A DNA stretch of 64,000 nucleotides from an uncultured Solirubrobacterales bacterium (GCA_963846165.1 CAWJUU010000004.1:8143-72142); one strand, 5' to 3'; shown: positions 28,509 through 40,546, numbered from the stretch's first letter. Made by a program: numbers and translations. The notes: generated by a model not told the origin, from the sequence alone.

Positions 28509-29478
28509 GCGCGACGATGGTCCCCGGCTACCGGCACGTCCCCGGCAACCACTGCGGCTCGACCGCGCTTCGCAACCTGCTCGGCTTCGGCGGCGTCGCG
28601 ATCTCCGAGGAGATGGCGCTCGGGCTCGGCGCCGGCGTCTGCTTCTACTACTTCCCGCTCGACGGCCAGTCGCCGTCGCGGTTCACCAACGGGCGCGTCG
28701 CGCGGCTCGAGGAGCAGTTCCTCGAGCTCACCGGCCTGCCGCTCTCCTTGCGGACCTTCGACGCGCCCGATCAGTCCTGGGAGGCGGCGCGCGCCGCCGT
28801 CGACGCCGGCAGCCCCGCGCTCCTGCTCACCGACCTCTACTACCTCGACCACTACGGCAACTCCGCCCACTTCCCCGGCCACGCGGTGGTCCTCGCCGGG
28901 TACGACGACGAGCTCGCGTATCTGTCCGACACCGCCTTCGACGAGCTGCAGACGACCCGGCTCGAGAACCTCGCCCGGGCGCGGCACGGCAAGCACCCGG
29001 TGTTCGCGCTCGAGGGCCACATGGTCACCCTGCCCGACCGACGCGCGAGCTCGGCGACCCGCGCGAGGCCGCCGACCGCGCGATCGAGCGCAACGCGCGG
29101 CAGATGCTCGAGCCCGCGGCCGGCGAGTACGAGGGCCTGCCGGCGCTGCGCCGGTTCGCGGCCGAGGTCGGCGAGTGGCCGGCTGAGATCGAGGACTGGC
29201 AGTGGTGCGCGCGCTTCGGCTACCAGGTGATCGAGCGCCGCGGGACCGGCGGCGGCAACTTCCGGCTCATGTACTCGCGCTTCCTCGCCGAGGCGGGTCG
29301 TGACGAGGCCGGGCTCGCCGCCCGCGGCGCCGAGCAGTGGACCGGGCTCGCGACCGCGCTGCTCGCGGCGAGCGAGTCCGAAACGCCCGAGCCCGAGCTC
29401 TGGGAGCCGATTCGCGAGCGCGCCGCCGCCGTGCTCGAGACCGAGGAGCGCCTCTGGCCGGCGCTCGCGGGCGCCTAG
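28505..29478 (+). pseudogene. BtrH_N-like (papain-fold) + DUF4872-like protein, one frameshift near 29038
   Basis: VPGNHCGSTALRNLL..FPGHAVVLAGYDD (Cys/His pair). The C-terminus continues in frame 1 (TRELGDPREAADRAIERNARQMLEP...). Confidence 0.55.
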
Positions 29479-30491
29479 CCGATCAACCGCAGCACGGCGC
29501 GTTCGATCCGTTCGCGGTCGGGGAACTCGCCCGGCTCTGAGCCGGCGACGATCCTTCGCAGCGGGGCGCGGATGGTTTCGCCGCTGTCGTAGCGATCGAA
29601 GACGCGGGGGTCGATGTAGGCCTTGCGACAGACCGCCGGGGTGTTGGACAGGTAGGCGGCGACTCGCTTGGTCGCCTCGGTGGCAGCGCGCTTGCGAGCC
29701 GTCTTCGTCGTCGCCTCGTGGCCGTTGGTTGCCAGCTCGACCGCGGCGAGCACGGTCGCGTTCCAGGTGCGGAAGTCCTTCGCCGAGTAGTCGCCGCCGG
29801 TGACCGCCTTCAGGTACTCGTTGATCTCCTCCGCCTTGACGTCCGCCCAGCCGCTTCGTCCCTGGCGGTAGGCGAGCAGTTCGTGGCCACCGCCGTCGCG
29901 GTCGACGAGCGCCTTGATCGTCGGCACGACCACCGGATCGGCGATCTCCTGGTCGTGGTCGACCGAGCCCTTCGCCTTGTAGTGAAAGCTCGCGACCCCG
30001 CCGTGGACCTCGACGTGCTTTCGCCGCAGGGTCGAAAGCCCGAAGGTCTCATTCTCCTCCGTGTAGCGATCGCTGCCGATGCGAAAGAAGCCGAGGTCGA
30101 GCAGCCGCACGGCGCAGGCCAGGACCCGGTCGCGGACCAGGCCTCGCTTGCCGAGGTCGGCCTCGGTGCGCTTGCGCATCGCCGGCAGCGCCTTCGCGAA
30201 CCGCTCCATCTCGGCGAACTTCTCGCGGTCGCGGTTCTCGCGCCACTGCGGGTGGTAGAGGTACTGCTTGCGGCCTGCCGCATCGATCCCGGTCGCCTGG
30301 ATGTGGCCATTCGGGTGCGGGCAGATCCAGACGTCCTTCCAGGCCGGAGGGATGGCGAGCTCGCGAATCCGCTCGAGCACCTCGCGGTCGGCGATCGTCT
30401 GACCGTCGACCTCCTCGTAGCTGAACCCGCGCCCGCGGCCTACCCTCCGGATCCCGGCGGAGGAGCAGTCGACGCGGCGAAGGCGTGGCAT
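29475..30491 (-). CDS. DNA topoisomerase IB (poxvirus-like bacterial TopIB)
   Basis: ATG 30491. MPRLRRVD..GFSY..IPPAWKDVWICP..GHIQATGIDAAGRKQYLYHPQW..SAKDFRTWNATV..KAYIDPRV. Confidence 0.85.
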   Translation of the reverse strand: MPRLRRVDCSSAGIRRVGRGRGFSYEEVDGQTIADREVLERIRELAIPPAWKDVWICPHPNGHIQATGIDAAGRKQYLYHPQWRENRDREKFAEMERFAKALPAMRKRTEADLGKRGLVRDRVLACAVRLLDLGFFRIGSDRYTEENETFGLSTLRRKHVEVHGGVASFHYKAKGSVDHDQEIADPVVVPTIKALVDRDGGGHELLAYRQGRSGWADVKAEEINEYLKAVTGGDYSAKDFRTWNATVLAAVELATNGHEATTKTARKRAATEATKRVAAYLSNTPAVCRKAYIDPRVFDRYDSGETIRAPLRRIVAGSEPGEFPDRERIERAVLRLIG

Positions 30492-30549
30492 GGGATCGAC
30501 TTCTACCCGGCATGGCCAGGCGAACACAATGTCTGCCGAGCGAACGCCC

Positions 30550-31316
30550 TCAGAGCCGCGACGCGAGCTCGAGCAGGAATGCGCCCGCGGCCTCGCGGTC
30601 GACCTCGCCGGCTCCATCTCTGGCCGCCAGCGCGGTCGCGATCACCGAGCCGTGCGACGGGTCGTGATCCAGCGCCCAGCGCCCCGCCTCGGGCTTGGAG
30701 GACCAATGGCCGTCGGAGAGGAACCGCAGCGACCGACAGGCGTTGAGCACGGCATCCTCGCCGCGCGTCTCGGCCTCGTCGGGTGATTCGCCCCCGGCGC
30801 CAGGATCGCCCGCCGATGCCACGCGATCGAGCCGACGAGCAGCGGGCGCAGCAGGTCGGGTTCGATCGGGGCAAAGATCTGCGGCGCGGGGGGTCCGGTC
30901 AGGGCGACGCCGGCCTGGGCGAGGATGCTGCGGTCGATCGCGAACCAGTGCCCGGGGGCCGACCCGGGGTTGGTATCGAGCCGAAACGGGGTCTCGGCCC
31001 CAGTGTTGAGGTTGAGCTCGAATGCCCCGTCGAGGCTTGCCGCCGCCGCGGCCGCGGCGGTGTAGACGACGAGCTCGAGCCTGCGGGCCGGGCAGGGAAG
31101 CGCCTCGTGGCTCAGCCGCTCTCCGATCGCCGTCTTGCGGGCGCGCTCGAGCGGCTTGTCGACCACCGCCGCGATGTCGACGTCGCTGCGGCCGGGCCGG
31201 TAGTCCCCCAGCGCCAGCGAGCCGCCGAGGTAGGCGCCGACGAAGCGCTCTGCGAGCAGCGCCTCGAGGCGGGCCGCGACCTCGGCCGCGTAGGGGCGTT
31301 CAGGCGGGCCGGTCAA
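30550..31316 (-). pseudogene. ANT-like nucleotidyltransferase (NTase + DUF4111-like C-terminus), one frameshift near 30810
   Basis: GAYLGGSLALGDYRPGRSDVDIAAVV (GS..DxD NTase motif). The C-terminal helical part is in another frame (EDAVLNACRSLRFL...). Confidence 0.55.
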
Positions 31317-31333
31317 GGTCAGTCGGCCGAGGA

Positions 31334-31942
31334 CTATGCGGCGAGCCGGGCGAAGTAGCCGAAAGCCGGCCCGTTTCGATGCTCGAAACGAAGCCCGGCC
31401 GCCTCGGCCCGAGCTCGGAGCGCGCCCGGCGAGGTGTAGTGCGGGTCGCCGAACAGCTCGCCGACGACGAGCCGGCCACCGGGGCGCAGCACGCGGGCGA
31501 TCTCACGCAGGGCAGCGTCCTGGTCGGGGATCTCGCCGAGCACCGTGGTCAGGACCACGGCGTCGACGCTGTCGTCTGCGAACGGGAGCGCTTCGGCGTC
31601 GCCCTGGGTCGCGACGACGTTCGCGAGCCCGCGCTCGTCGGCGCGGCGCATCGTGTGGTCGAGCATCTCGTGCTGGATGTCGAAGATCTCGAGCGTCCCC
31701 TCGACCCCGATCGACTCGGCGATGTCGAGCGTGTAATAGCCGGTCCCGGGGCCGACCTCGAGGATCCGCTCGCCGCTGACGGGCTCTAGCGCCGCCCGCA
31801 GGCGCTCGCGGGTGATCAGCGGATGCGGCGCCTGGATCCAGAAGCGCTGGTTGTAGGGGCAGGCCGAGGGGTTCCGCCGCCACCACACCGCGGCGGCGAC
31901 CACGGCGGCGAAAGCGAGCAGGAACAGGCCCCGGACGGACAT
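31334..31942 (-). CDS. class I SAM-dependent methyltransferase with N-terminal TM
   Basis: ILEVGPGTGYYTLDIA (motif I) and LRPGGRLVVGE. Confidence 0.8.
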   Translation of the reverse strand: MSVRGLFLLAFAAVVAAAVWWRRNPSACPYNQRFWIQAPHPLITRERLRAALEPVSGERILEVGPGTGYYTLDIAESIGVEGTLEIFDIQHEMLDHTMRRADERGLANVVATQGDAEALPFADDSVDAVVLTTVLGEIPDQDAALREIARVLRPGGRLVVGELFGDPHYTSPGALRARAEAAGLRFEHRNGPAFGYFARLAA

Positions 31943-31952
31943 TAAGCCGACC

Positions 31953-32177
31953 CTAGGAGCCGCTGAACCCGATCGCGTGCGTTGCGTCGTCGACCCGAAC
32001 GAAGACCACGGTCGCGAGGTTGAGCGCCACCGTCCCCTCCTGGGTCTTGAGGTCGTGCCAGCCCTTGCCGGCCTCGACCGCCTGGCGCAGATCGGCCAGC
32101 TCGTCCTTGGTCAGCTTCACCGAAAGCACCTGACCGATCCCGAATCCGATCTCGACCTTCGTCTGCTCGTCAGTCAT
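31953..32177 (-). CDS. DUF3107 family protein
   Basis: ATG 32177. The 74-aa product MTDEQTKVEIGFGIGQVLSVKL...FVRVDD fits this small actinobacterial family. The longer upstream ORF portion is Arg/Pro junk. Confidence 0.65.
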   Translation of the reverse strand: MTDEQTKVEIGFGIGQVLSVKLTKDELADLRQAVEAGKGWHDLKTQEGTVALNLATVVFVRVDDATHAIGFSGS

Positions 32178-32587
32178 CAGTGTCCCTCCGCGGGTTCGAC
32201 GATCTCGGTCAACACATTGCCCGTGGCCCTGGGGTGCACGAAGGCGACCCGGCTCTGGCGGATGCCGGTCCGCGGCTCGGAGTCGATCAAGACGATGCCC
32301 TCGTCCTTGAGCCGCGCGAGCGCGGCCTCGATGTCGTCCACCCGGTAGGCGACGTGGTGCAGGCCCGGGCCCTTGCGCTCGAGAAACCTGCCCACGGGCG
32401 TCTCGGGGCCGAGCGGCCGCAGGAGCTCGACGTGGCAATCGCCGACGTCGAGCAGGACGGCCTCGACACCCTGCTCGCTGACTGTCTCGCGATGCGCCAC
32501 CGGCATCCCGAAGGTGCCCTCGTAGAGCTCCAGCGCGGCGTCGAGGTCATCGACCGCGACGCCGACATGATCGATCAGCCCGAACAT
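32177..32587 (-). CDS. mce: methylmalonyl-CoA epimerase (VOC family)
   Basis: IDHVGVAVDDLDAALELY...GPGLHHVAYRVDDIEAA...VAFVHP. Confidence 0.85.
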   Translation of the reverse strand: MFGLIDHVGVAVDDLDAALELYEGTFGMPVAHRETVSEQGVEAVLLDVGDCHVELLRPLGPETPVGRFLERKGPGLHHVAYRVDDIEAALARLKDEGIVLIDSEPRTGIRQSRVAFVHPRATGNVLTEIVEPAEGH

Positions 32588-32599
32588 CGGGCGCTGAGA

Positions 32600-34159
<1,560 letters not shown>

Positions 34160-34185
34160 GGCGTCAAGCGGGCCTCCGTGCCCGC

Positions 34186-35055
34186 CTACACGGTATCGGC
34201 AGCTTGCTGTTCAGCCCGTAATACTTCGCCCAAAGCGGCGATCCCGATCTCGAGCTGTTCCGGCGTCGGCTCGCGGGTCGAGAACCGGCGCTGGATCTCG
34301 TGGCCGGGCCCGTGGACCGCGCGGCCCACCGGCGAGCCGGGGTTGCGCTCGGCGTAGACGAAGAGCTCGATCGCGGCCCCGATCCCGGCTACGGCGGTGA
34401 CGGCGCGCGCCACCGGCCCCGGCTTACTCGCCAGCCGCTCGATCACGACCTGGCCGGCGATCGAGAGCGCCAGCATCGGGGCGATCAAGTTCGAGCCGCA
34501 CCGCCCATGTTCCTTGGGCACCTCGGCCGGGTCCAGCCCCTGCTCGTAGCCGCCGATCGCCTTGTGCTCGACCCCGTGATACGCCGCGAGGTCGGGATCT
34601 CGCAGGGCCGCCAGGGCGGGCAGCGCCCCGAGCGCGGCGATCGCCAGCTCGCGGCCGACGGTGGGCGGCCGCAGACGCCGCAGAGCCCCGGTCGCGGCGG
34701 TGCTTGCGACCATCGCACCGAGTACCGACGGGTCCTCGAACGGCAGCCGCGAGGAGGGCAGGCGCATCCGGGCCATCGGGATCACCGCGAAGGCCTCGGC
34801 GAGACGCAGCGGCCCGCGCAGGATCGGCACCCTTGCGAGCCGGCCGCGAGCGAGCGACGGCTTCGGCCCTGACGCGACCTCGATCTTCCCGTCGGCGGTG
34901 CGCGCGGCGACCGCCCACGTGTTCGGCCCGTGGATCAGTAGGCCGTTGCGAAGTGCCATCCCGCCGAGCCGAAGGCGCTGTTCCTCGGCCTGCTCGTGAC
35001 CGTCGCCGTTCGCGCTTGCGCCGTTGCCGCTCTGCGCGTCGGGGATCTCGGTCAT
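34186..35055 (-). CDS. DUF1385 domain protein
   Basis: ATG 35055. GGMALRNGLLIHG...YHGVEHKAI...HGRCGSNL. Confidence 0.7.
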   Translation of the reverse strand: MTEIPDAQSGNGASANGDGHEQAEEQRLRLGGMALRNGLLIHGPNTWAVAARTADGKIEVASGPKPSLARGRLARVPILRGPLRLAEAFAVIPMARMRLPSSRLPFEDPSVLGAMVASTAATGALRRLRPPTVGRELAIAALGALPALAALRDPDLAAYHGVEHKAIGGYEQGLDPAEVPKEHGRCGSNLIAPMLALSIAGQVVIERLASKPGPVARAVTAVAGIGAAIELFVYAERNPGSPVGRAVHGPGHEIQRRFSTREPTPEQLEIGIAALGEVLRAEQQAADTV

Positions 35056-36395
35056 CCGAGCATCCTTCGGCAGAGGTCGGTGTAGAAGTCGGCGGCGAGC
35101 GCCAGGTCGGTGACCGCGGCGCGTTCGTCGGGGGCGTGGATCAACGGCGCAGCCTTGAACAGCCCGAGCTCGCGCTGGGGACAGAAGCCATAGACGGTGG
35201 CGGCGCCGAACGCCTTGCGGAACCAGTGGCTGTCGCTGAATCCGGGCATCACGATTGGCACCAGTGCCGCGCCCGGGTCGACCTCGGCGACCCATTCGGC
35301 AATCGCGTCGGCGAGCCGCGACTCGAACGGTGAGCGGTTGCCGACCGTCTGCACGGCGAACTCGACCTCGAGCCCCTCGGCGAGTGGCTCAAGCAGATCG
35401 GCGATTCGCTCGCGGACCGTATCGGCGCCGGCCCCGGGCGGCACCCGGCAGTCGACCAGGACCTCTGCCTGCGAGGGGATCACGTTCTCCTTCTGCGAGG
35501 CGCTGATCGTGGTCGGAACCATCGTCACCCTCAGCATCGGCTCGGCGAGGAACGCGGCGAGCTGCGGCGAGATGCCGCGCAGGCGCTCGACGGCGGACTC
35601 GACCGCGGCCTGATCGGCGTCGACCGGCTCGCCGAGCACGGCCGCAAGCAGGGCGACGCCGTCCTCGGTCGGCTCGAGCGGCGGCTGCTCGCGCAGGCGG
35701 GCGATCGCCGGCGCGAGCCGCAGCAGCGCGTTGTCGCCGAGTGCCGGGACCGAGGCGTGGCCGGCGGTGCCGCGGGCGCGCAGCCAAAATCGGTTGACGC
35801 CCTTCTCGCCGACGCAGAGGGTGTAGAAGCGCCGGCCGTCGAGCTCGAACGCGGCACCGCCGCCCTCGTTGACGACCAGGTCCGCCCGCACCGCCTCGGG
35901 GTGCTCGTCGCAGAGCCACTGGGCGCCCGCCGCGGCGCCCATCTCCTCGTCGGCGGTGAGCACCAGCTTCAGCTCCCCGCGCGCCGGGCGCCAGCCGTTG
36001 CCGGCAAGAGCGGTGGCCGCGGCGACCTCCGCTGCCACCTGGCCCTTCATGTCCTGGGCGCCTCGACCGCGGATCTCGCCGCCAACCACCTCGCCCGACC
36101 AGGGGTCGAATGTCCACTCCGAGGCATCGGCGGGGACGGTGTCGACGTGGCCGAGCAGGCAGAGCGTCTGACCCGATGCCTCGCCGGGCAGGCGGGCGAC
36201 CAGGTTCGGCCGTCCGGGCTCGGCGGCGAGCAGCGTGCACTCGAAGCCGGCGTCAGCGAGGCGCGCCGCGAGCAGCTCCTGCGCGGCCGCTTCGTTGCCC
36301 GGCGGGTTGACCGTGTCGAGCCGGATCAACTCGGAGAGCAACTCGACCGTTGCGGACCCGAGCGAGCTCTCGGCCACCGCCGTCCTCTCACCCAT
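35052..36395 (-). CDS. M20 family metallopeptidase
   Basis: ATG 36395. LLGHVDTVP, GRGAQDMKG, TADEEMG, HAPDERA. Confidence 0.85.
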   Translation of the reverse strand: MGERTAVAESSLGSATVELLSELIRLDTVNPPGNEAAAQELLAARLADAGFECTLLAAEPGRPNLVARLPGEASGQTLCLLGHVDTVPADASEWTFDPWSGEVVGGEIRGRGAQDMKGQVAAEVAAATALAGNGWRPARGELKLVLTADEEMGAAAGAQWLCDEHPEAVRADLVVNEGGGAAFELDGRRFYTLCVGEKGVNRFWLRARGTAGHASVPALGDNALLRLAPAIARLREQPPLEPTEDGVALLAAVLGEPVDADQAAVESAVERLRGISPQLAAFLAEPMLRVTMVPTTISASQKENVIPSQAEVLVDCRVPPGAGADTVRERIADLLEPLAEGLEVEFAVQTVGNRSPFESRLADAIAEWVAEVDPGAALVPIVMPGFSDSHWFRKAFGAATVYGFCPQRELGLFKAAPLIHAPDERAAVTDLALAADFYTDLCRRMLG

Positions 36396-36410
36396 GCAGG
36401 CAGGGTACCC

Positions 36411-36839
36411 ATGACCTGGCGCCGGGCCATACTGCGCCGCATGGCACGGTCGAACCCCGAGCTGATCCGCGACGCGGTCGCGCTCTACCGCCGCGAGGGC
36501 TTCGCCGCGCTGACCAGATTCGCCGACCCAGAGGTCGAGGTCCGGATGGGGGCCGGGATCAACGAGGGCGAGTACCACGGCGTCGACGAGACGCTGCGCT
36601 TCAACGACGACTGGGAGGACGCCTGGGCAAGGATGGACTACGACCCGGCCGAGATCGAGGAGATCGACGAGCGAAACGTCATCGTCAGGGTCGAGATGAC
36701 CATGCGCGGGGAGGGCAGCGGCGTCGAAGTCACGGGTACGCAGTGGTGGCTGTTCGAGGTCCGCGACGAGCGCTTCGTCCGCTGGCATCTCTACCTCGAT
36801 CGCAAGAGCGCGGTCGCGGCGGTCGAGGCCGATGGCTGA
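36411..36839 (+). CDS. SnoaL/NTF2-like small protein
   Basis: C-terminal part of the 360-aa track ORF. Start is ATG 36411 or 36441. ...VIVRVEMTMRGEGSGVEVTGTQWWLFEVRDERFVRWHLY. Confidence 0.5.
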   Translation: MTWRRAILRRMARSNPELIRDAVALYRREGFAALTRFADPEVEVRMGAGINEGEYHGVDETLRFNDDWEDAWARMDYDPAEIEEIDERNVIVRVEMTMRGEGSGVEVTGTQWWLFEVRDERFVRWHLYLDRKSAVAAVEADG

Positions 36840-38175
36840 TCGCCTCTTCGACGCGCCGGAGCCCGCCGGCCCGGGCAGGACCCCGGTACCGGCGGCCGAG
36901 GCGCCGTTGGCGGTACGGATGCGCCCGCGCACGCTCGACGAGTTGGTCGGCCAGGACCACCTGCTCGGACAGGGCTCGGCCCTGCGGACGGCGATCGAGA
37001 CCGGTGAGCCGCACTCGATGGTCCTCTACGGGCCGCCCGGGAGCGGTAAGACGACCCTGGCGCGGATCGTCGCCACGGCGGCGCGCGGAGCGTTCGAGGA
37101 GGAGTCGGCTGTGAACGCGGGCCGGGCCGAGGTCCGGGCCGTGATCGCGCGTGCCAGCGAGCGCCGCCGGGCGACCGGCCAGCCGACGATCTTCTTCCTC
37201 GACGAGATCCACCGCTTCAACAAGGCGCAGCAGGACGCCCTGCTGCCCGCGGTCGAGGAGGACCTGGTGACGCTGATCGGGGCGACGACCGAGAACCCCT
37301 ACTTCGAGGTCAACTCCGCGCTGCTCTCACGCACTCAGATCTACGAGCTGCGGGCGCTGGAGGCGACTGACCTCTCTGTACTGCTCGGCCGCGCGCTCGA
37401 CGACCCCGAGCGCGGGATCGCGGATCCGCCCGAGGTCGCCGCCGAGGCGCTCGAGCTGCTCGCGATCCGCTCCGGCGGCGACGCCCGTACGGCTCTGGCT
37501 GCGCTCGAGCGCGCAATCGAGGCCGCCGACGCCACCGGCGAGGCGATCGACCTCGCCACCGCGGAGGATGCGCTCCAGCGCAAGGCCGTCTCCTTCGACC
37601 GCGAGGGCGACCAGCACTACGACTACATCTCGGCCTGGATCAAGGCCACCCGCGGCTCGGATCCCGACGCCTCGCTCTACTACCTGGCGGTGATGCTCGA
37701 GGGCGGCGAGGACCCGCGCTTCATTGCCCGCCGGATGGTCATCCTCGCCTCCGAGGACGTCGGCAATGCCGACCCCCAGGCACTGGTGGTAGCGACGGCG
37801 GCCGCCCAGGCGGTCGACCGGGTCGGGCTTCCCGAGTGCGCGCTCAACCTCGCCCAGGCGGCCGCCTACCTGGCGCTGGCGCCGAAGTCGAACGCCTCGA
37901 CCAAGGCGATCTCGAAGGTTGTGGCCCACGTCCGCGAGCACGGCGCCAAGCTGCCGCCCGACTACCTTCGCGACGCCCACTACGCGGGCGCGAAGAAGCT
38001 CGGCCGCGGCGAGGGCTACGTCTACTCGCATGACGAGCCGGGCGGCGTCGCCGAGCAGCCGCTCGCGCCGCCCGAGGTCCAGGGCGAGCGCTTCTACGAA
38101 CCCACCGATCGGGGATTCGAGGCCGAGCTTCGCGAGCGGCTCGAAAGGATCCGTCGCCGCCTCGCAGGGAAGTAA
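36832..38175 (+). CDS. rarA: replication-associated recombination protein A
   Basis: [22 protein letters not shown]...[17 protein letters not shown]...[14 protein letters not shown]...PDYLRDAHY. Confidence 0.9.
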   Translation: MADRLFDAPEPAGPGRTPVPAAEAPLAVRMRPRTLDELVGQDHLLGQGSALRTAIETGEPHSMVLYGPPGSGKTTLARIVATAARGAFEEESAVNAGRAEVRAVIARASERRRATGQPTIFFLDEIHRFNKAQQDALLPAVEEDLVTLIGATTENPYFEVNSALLSRTQIYELRALEATDLSVLLGRALDDPERGIADPPEVAAEALELLAIRSGGDARTALAALERAIEAADATGEAIDLATAEDALQRKAVSFDREGDQHYDYISAWIKATRGSDPDASLYYLAVMLEGGEDPRFIARRMVILASEDVGNADPQALVVATAAAQAVDRVGLPECALNLAQAAAYLALAPKSNASTKAISKVVAHVREHGAKLPPDYLRDAHYAGAKKLGRGEGYVYSHDEPGGVAEQPLAPPEVQGERFYEPTDRGFEAELRERLERIRRRLAGK

Positions 38176-38280
38176 CGACCGCCGCCGGTGTCGGCGGGCG
38201 GCTCGGCCCGCCCGACGACGGAGGGCCGGCGGCGGTCAACCGTATTTCTACCCGATCGCCCGCCCATAGAATCACCGGCG

Positions 38281-39846
38281 ATGGGGACGCTCGAATCCTT
38301 CAACCCGGCGACGGGTGAGCTGGTCGGCACGGTCGAGACGATCACCCCCGAGCAGGTGCAGGCGGTCGTCGACGACGTCGCCGACGTGCAGCCGTTCTGG
38401 GCCCAGCTCTCGCTCGCCGATCGCGCCCGCTACCTGCGCCGCGCCGCCGAGGTGCTGGTCTCCGATATGGAGGAGGTGGCGGACCTGCTCACGCGCGAAC
38501 AGGGCAAGCCGCTGACCGAGAGCTATGTGATGGAGCTGATCCCGACGATCGACGCGCTGCACTGGTGCGCGAACGCCGGGCCGAGGATCCTCGCGGACGA
38601 GAAGGTCCCCTACCCGCAGGCGTTCCTGAAGACCAAGCGCAGCTTCTTCAGTTACGAGCCGCTCGGCGTCGTCGGCGTGATCGCGCCCTGGAACTACCCC
38701 TGGTCGATCCCCTTCGGTGAGGTCGCGATCGCGCTCATCGCCGGCAACGGCGTCGTGCTCAAGCCGGCGAGCCTGACGCCGTTGCTCGGCAACCGGATCC
38801 AGCAGGTCTTCGACGACGCCGGATTCCCGGAGGGGCTCGTCCGCACCGTGCACGGTGGCGGCGCCGTCGGCCAGGCGCTCTGCGAGGCGTCGACGGCCAA
38901 GATCTTCTTCACCGGCTCGGTCGAGGTTGGTCGCAAGGTCGGCGAGATCTGCGCCCAGCGGCTCAAGGGCTCGGTGCTCGAGCTCGGGGGCAAGGACCCG
39001 CAGATCGTCTGCGCCGACGCCGACCTCGAGAATGCGATCTCGGGCTGCGTCTGGGGCGGCTTCGCCAACTCGGGACAGACCTGCTCGGGGATCGAGCGCA
39101 CCTACGTCGTCGAAGCGGTCGCCGACCGCTTCCTCGAGGGCGTGCGGCGTGAAACCGAGCGGCTCACGGTCGGCGACCCGCTCGACTGGGAGACCGAGAT
39201 CGGCCCGATGGTCTCCGCCGAGCAGGCCGACCTCGTCACCGGCATCGTCGACGATGCGCTCGCCGGCGGCGCCGACCGGATCACCGGTGGCCCCCGCGAG
39301 GTGCCGGGGTACTCGGGCCGCTTCATCGCCCCGACCCTGCTCGCCGGGGTCGAGGACGAGATGCGGATCATGAACGAGGAGATCTTCGGCCCGGTGGTAC
39401 CCGTGATCGTCGTTAGCGACGAGGCCGAGGCGCTCGAGCGCGCCAACGACTCCAACTTCGGCCTCGGCGCCTCGGTGTGGACCAAGGATCGCGCCAAGGG
39501 CGAGCGGCTCGCGCGCCGGATCGAGTCGGGAATGGTGTGGATCAACGACCACTCCTACTCCCACGGGGCCGCCCAGTGCTCATGGGGCGGGGTCAAGGAG
39601 TCGGGGCTCGGCCGCTCGCACTCGAAGTTCGGCCTCTATGAGTGCGTCAACGTCAAGCTCGTCGCCTGGGAGCCCGGCCTCACCCGCGACTTCTGGTGGC
39701 AGCCCTACGACGAGACGCTCGGCATCGCGCTGCGCTCCTCGGCGCGGCTGCTCTACGGCCGCAACGGCGCCCGGCTGAAGGCGCTGCGCGAGGGTCTCGT
39801 GCCGCTTGCCAAGGTCGGCGCGCGGACGCTGCGCAAGGGCCGCTGA
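38281..39846 (+). CDS. aldehyde dehydrogenase family protein
   Basis: ATG 38281. IAPWNYPW, ELGGKDP, EEIFGPV. It carries a C-terminal extension. Confidence 0.85.
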   Translation: MGTLESFNPATGELVGTVETITPEQVQAVVDDVADVQPFWAQLSLADRARYLRRAAEVLVSDMEEVADLLTREQGKPLTESYVMELIPTIDALHWCANAGPRILADEKVPYPQAFLKTKRSFFSYEPLGVVGVIAPWNYPWSIPFGEVAIALIAGNGVVLKPASLTPLLGNRIQQVFDDAGFPEGLVRTVHGGGAVGQALCEASTAKIFFTGSVEVGRKVGEICAQRLKGSVLELGGKDPQIVCADADLENAISGCVWGGFANSGQTCSGIERTYVVEAVADRFLEGVRRETERLTVGDPLDWETEIGPMVSAEQADLVTGIVDDALAGGADRITGGPREVPGYSGRFIAPTLLAGVEDEMRIMNEEIFGPVVPVIVVSDEAEALERANDSNFGLGASVWTKDRAKGERLARRIESGMVWINDHSYSHGAAQCSWGGVKESGLGRSHSKFGLYECVNVKLVAWEPGLTRDFWWQPYDETLGIALRSSARLLYGRNGARLKALREGLVPLAKVGARTLRKGR

Positions 39847-39910
39847 GGCGTCATGCGCAGCCGACCCGTGACACAGGCGCCTGCGCCGCAGCCGAGTTCT
39901 GTCTAGCGCG

Positions 39911-40546
39911 ATGCAACGCAGAACCTTCAGCCGTGGCGAGCGCGCCTTCCTCCTCGGCGTTCCGATCGCGTGGGCGATCCTGCTGCTCTTCCACCCGCGG
40001 GGCGAGGGCGAAGACTTCTATCCGATCGTACGCGACGAAGTAACCGCGTGGCAGGTTGTCCACTTGGGCACCTTGATCTTCGTCCCGCTCATGGTAGGGG
40101 TGGTTTTTCTTCTCCTGCGCGGCACCGAAGGCACGTCAGCAATGATCAGCCGGATCGCGCTCGCTGTCTTCGCCGTTGTCTATACGGCGTGGGAGGTGTT
40201 GATCGGAATCGGCACCGGCATCCTCGTAGACGAGGTCAATCAGCTCGCGGATGCGGAGAGGGCCATTGGGGCCGTGCTGGTGGAGGAATTCACCGACAAC
40301 TCTCTGATCATGACGCTGGAAACAATTACCGCGACTGCCTGGCTTGTGGCTCTGGTGGCGGCCGGCGTTGCGCTTGTTCGACAAGCCGGGGCATCGTGGA
40401 TGGTGCTCGTCTTGCTGGCGCTTTCCGCCGTCCCAACCGCGTGGCACGTCTTTCCATTCGGCCAGGTAGGCCTAGCCCTCTTCGCGGCCGCCGTCCTGCT
40501 GTTCGTGCGAAGCCGATCAGCATCCCGAGCGCCCGCTACCGCTTAA
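39911..40546 (+). CDS. hypothetical membrane protein
   Basis: 211-aa ORF with about 6 hydrophobic segments. Its G+C is visibly lower than that of its neighbours. Confidence 0.5.
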   Translation: MQRRTFSRGERAFLLGVPIAWAILLLFHPRGEGEDFYPIVRDEVTAWQVVHLGTLIFVPLMVGVVFLLLRGTEGTSAMISRIALAVFAVVYTAWEVLIGIGTGILVDEVNQLADAERAIGAVLVEEFTDNSLIMTLETITATAWLVALVAAGVALVRQAGASWMVLVLLALSAVPTAWHVFPFGQVGLALFAAAVLLFVRSRSASRAPATA

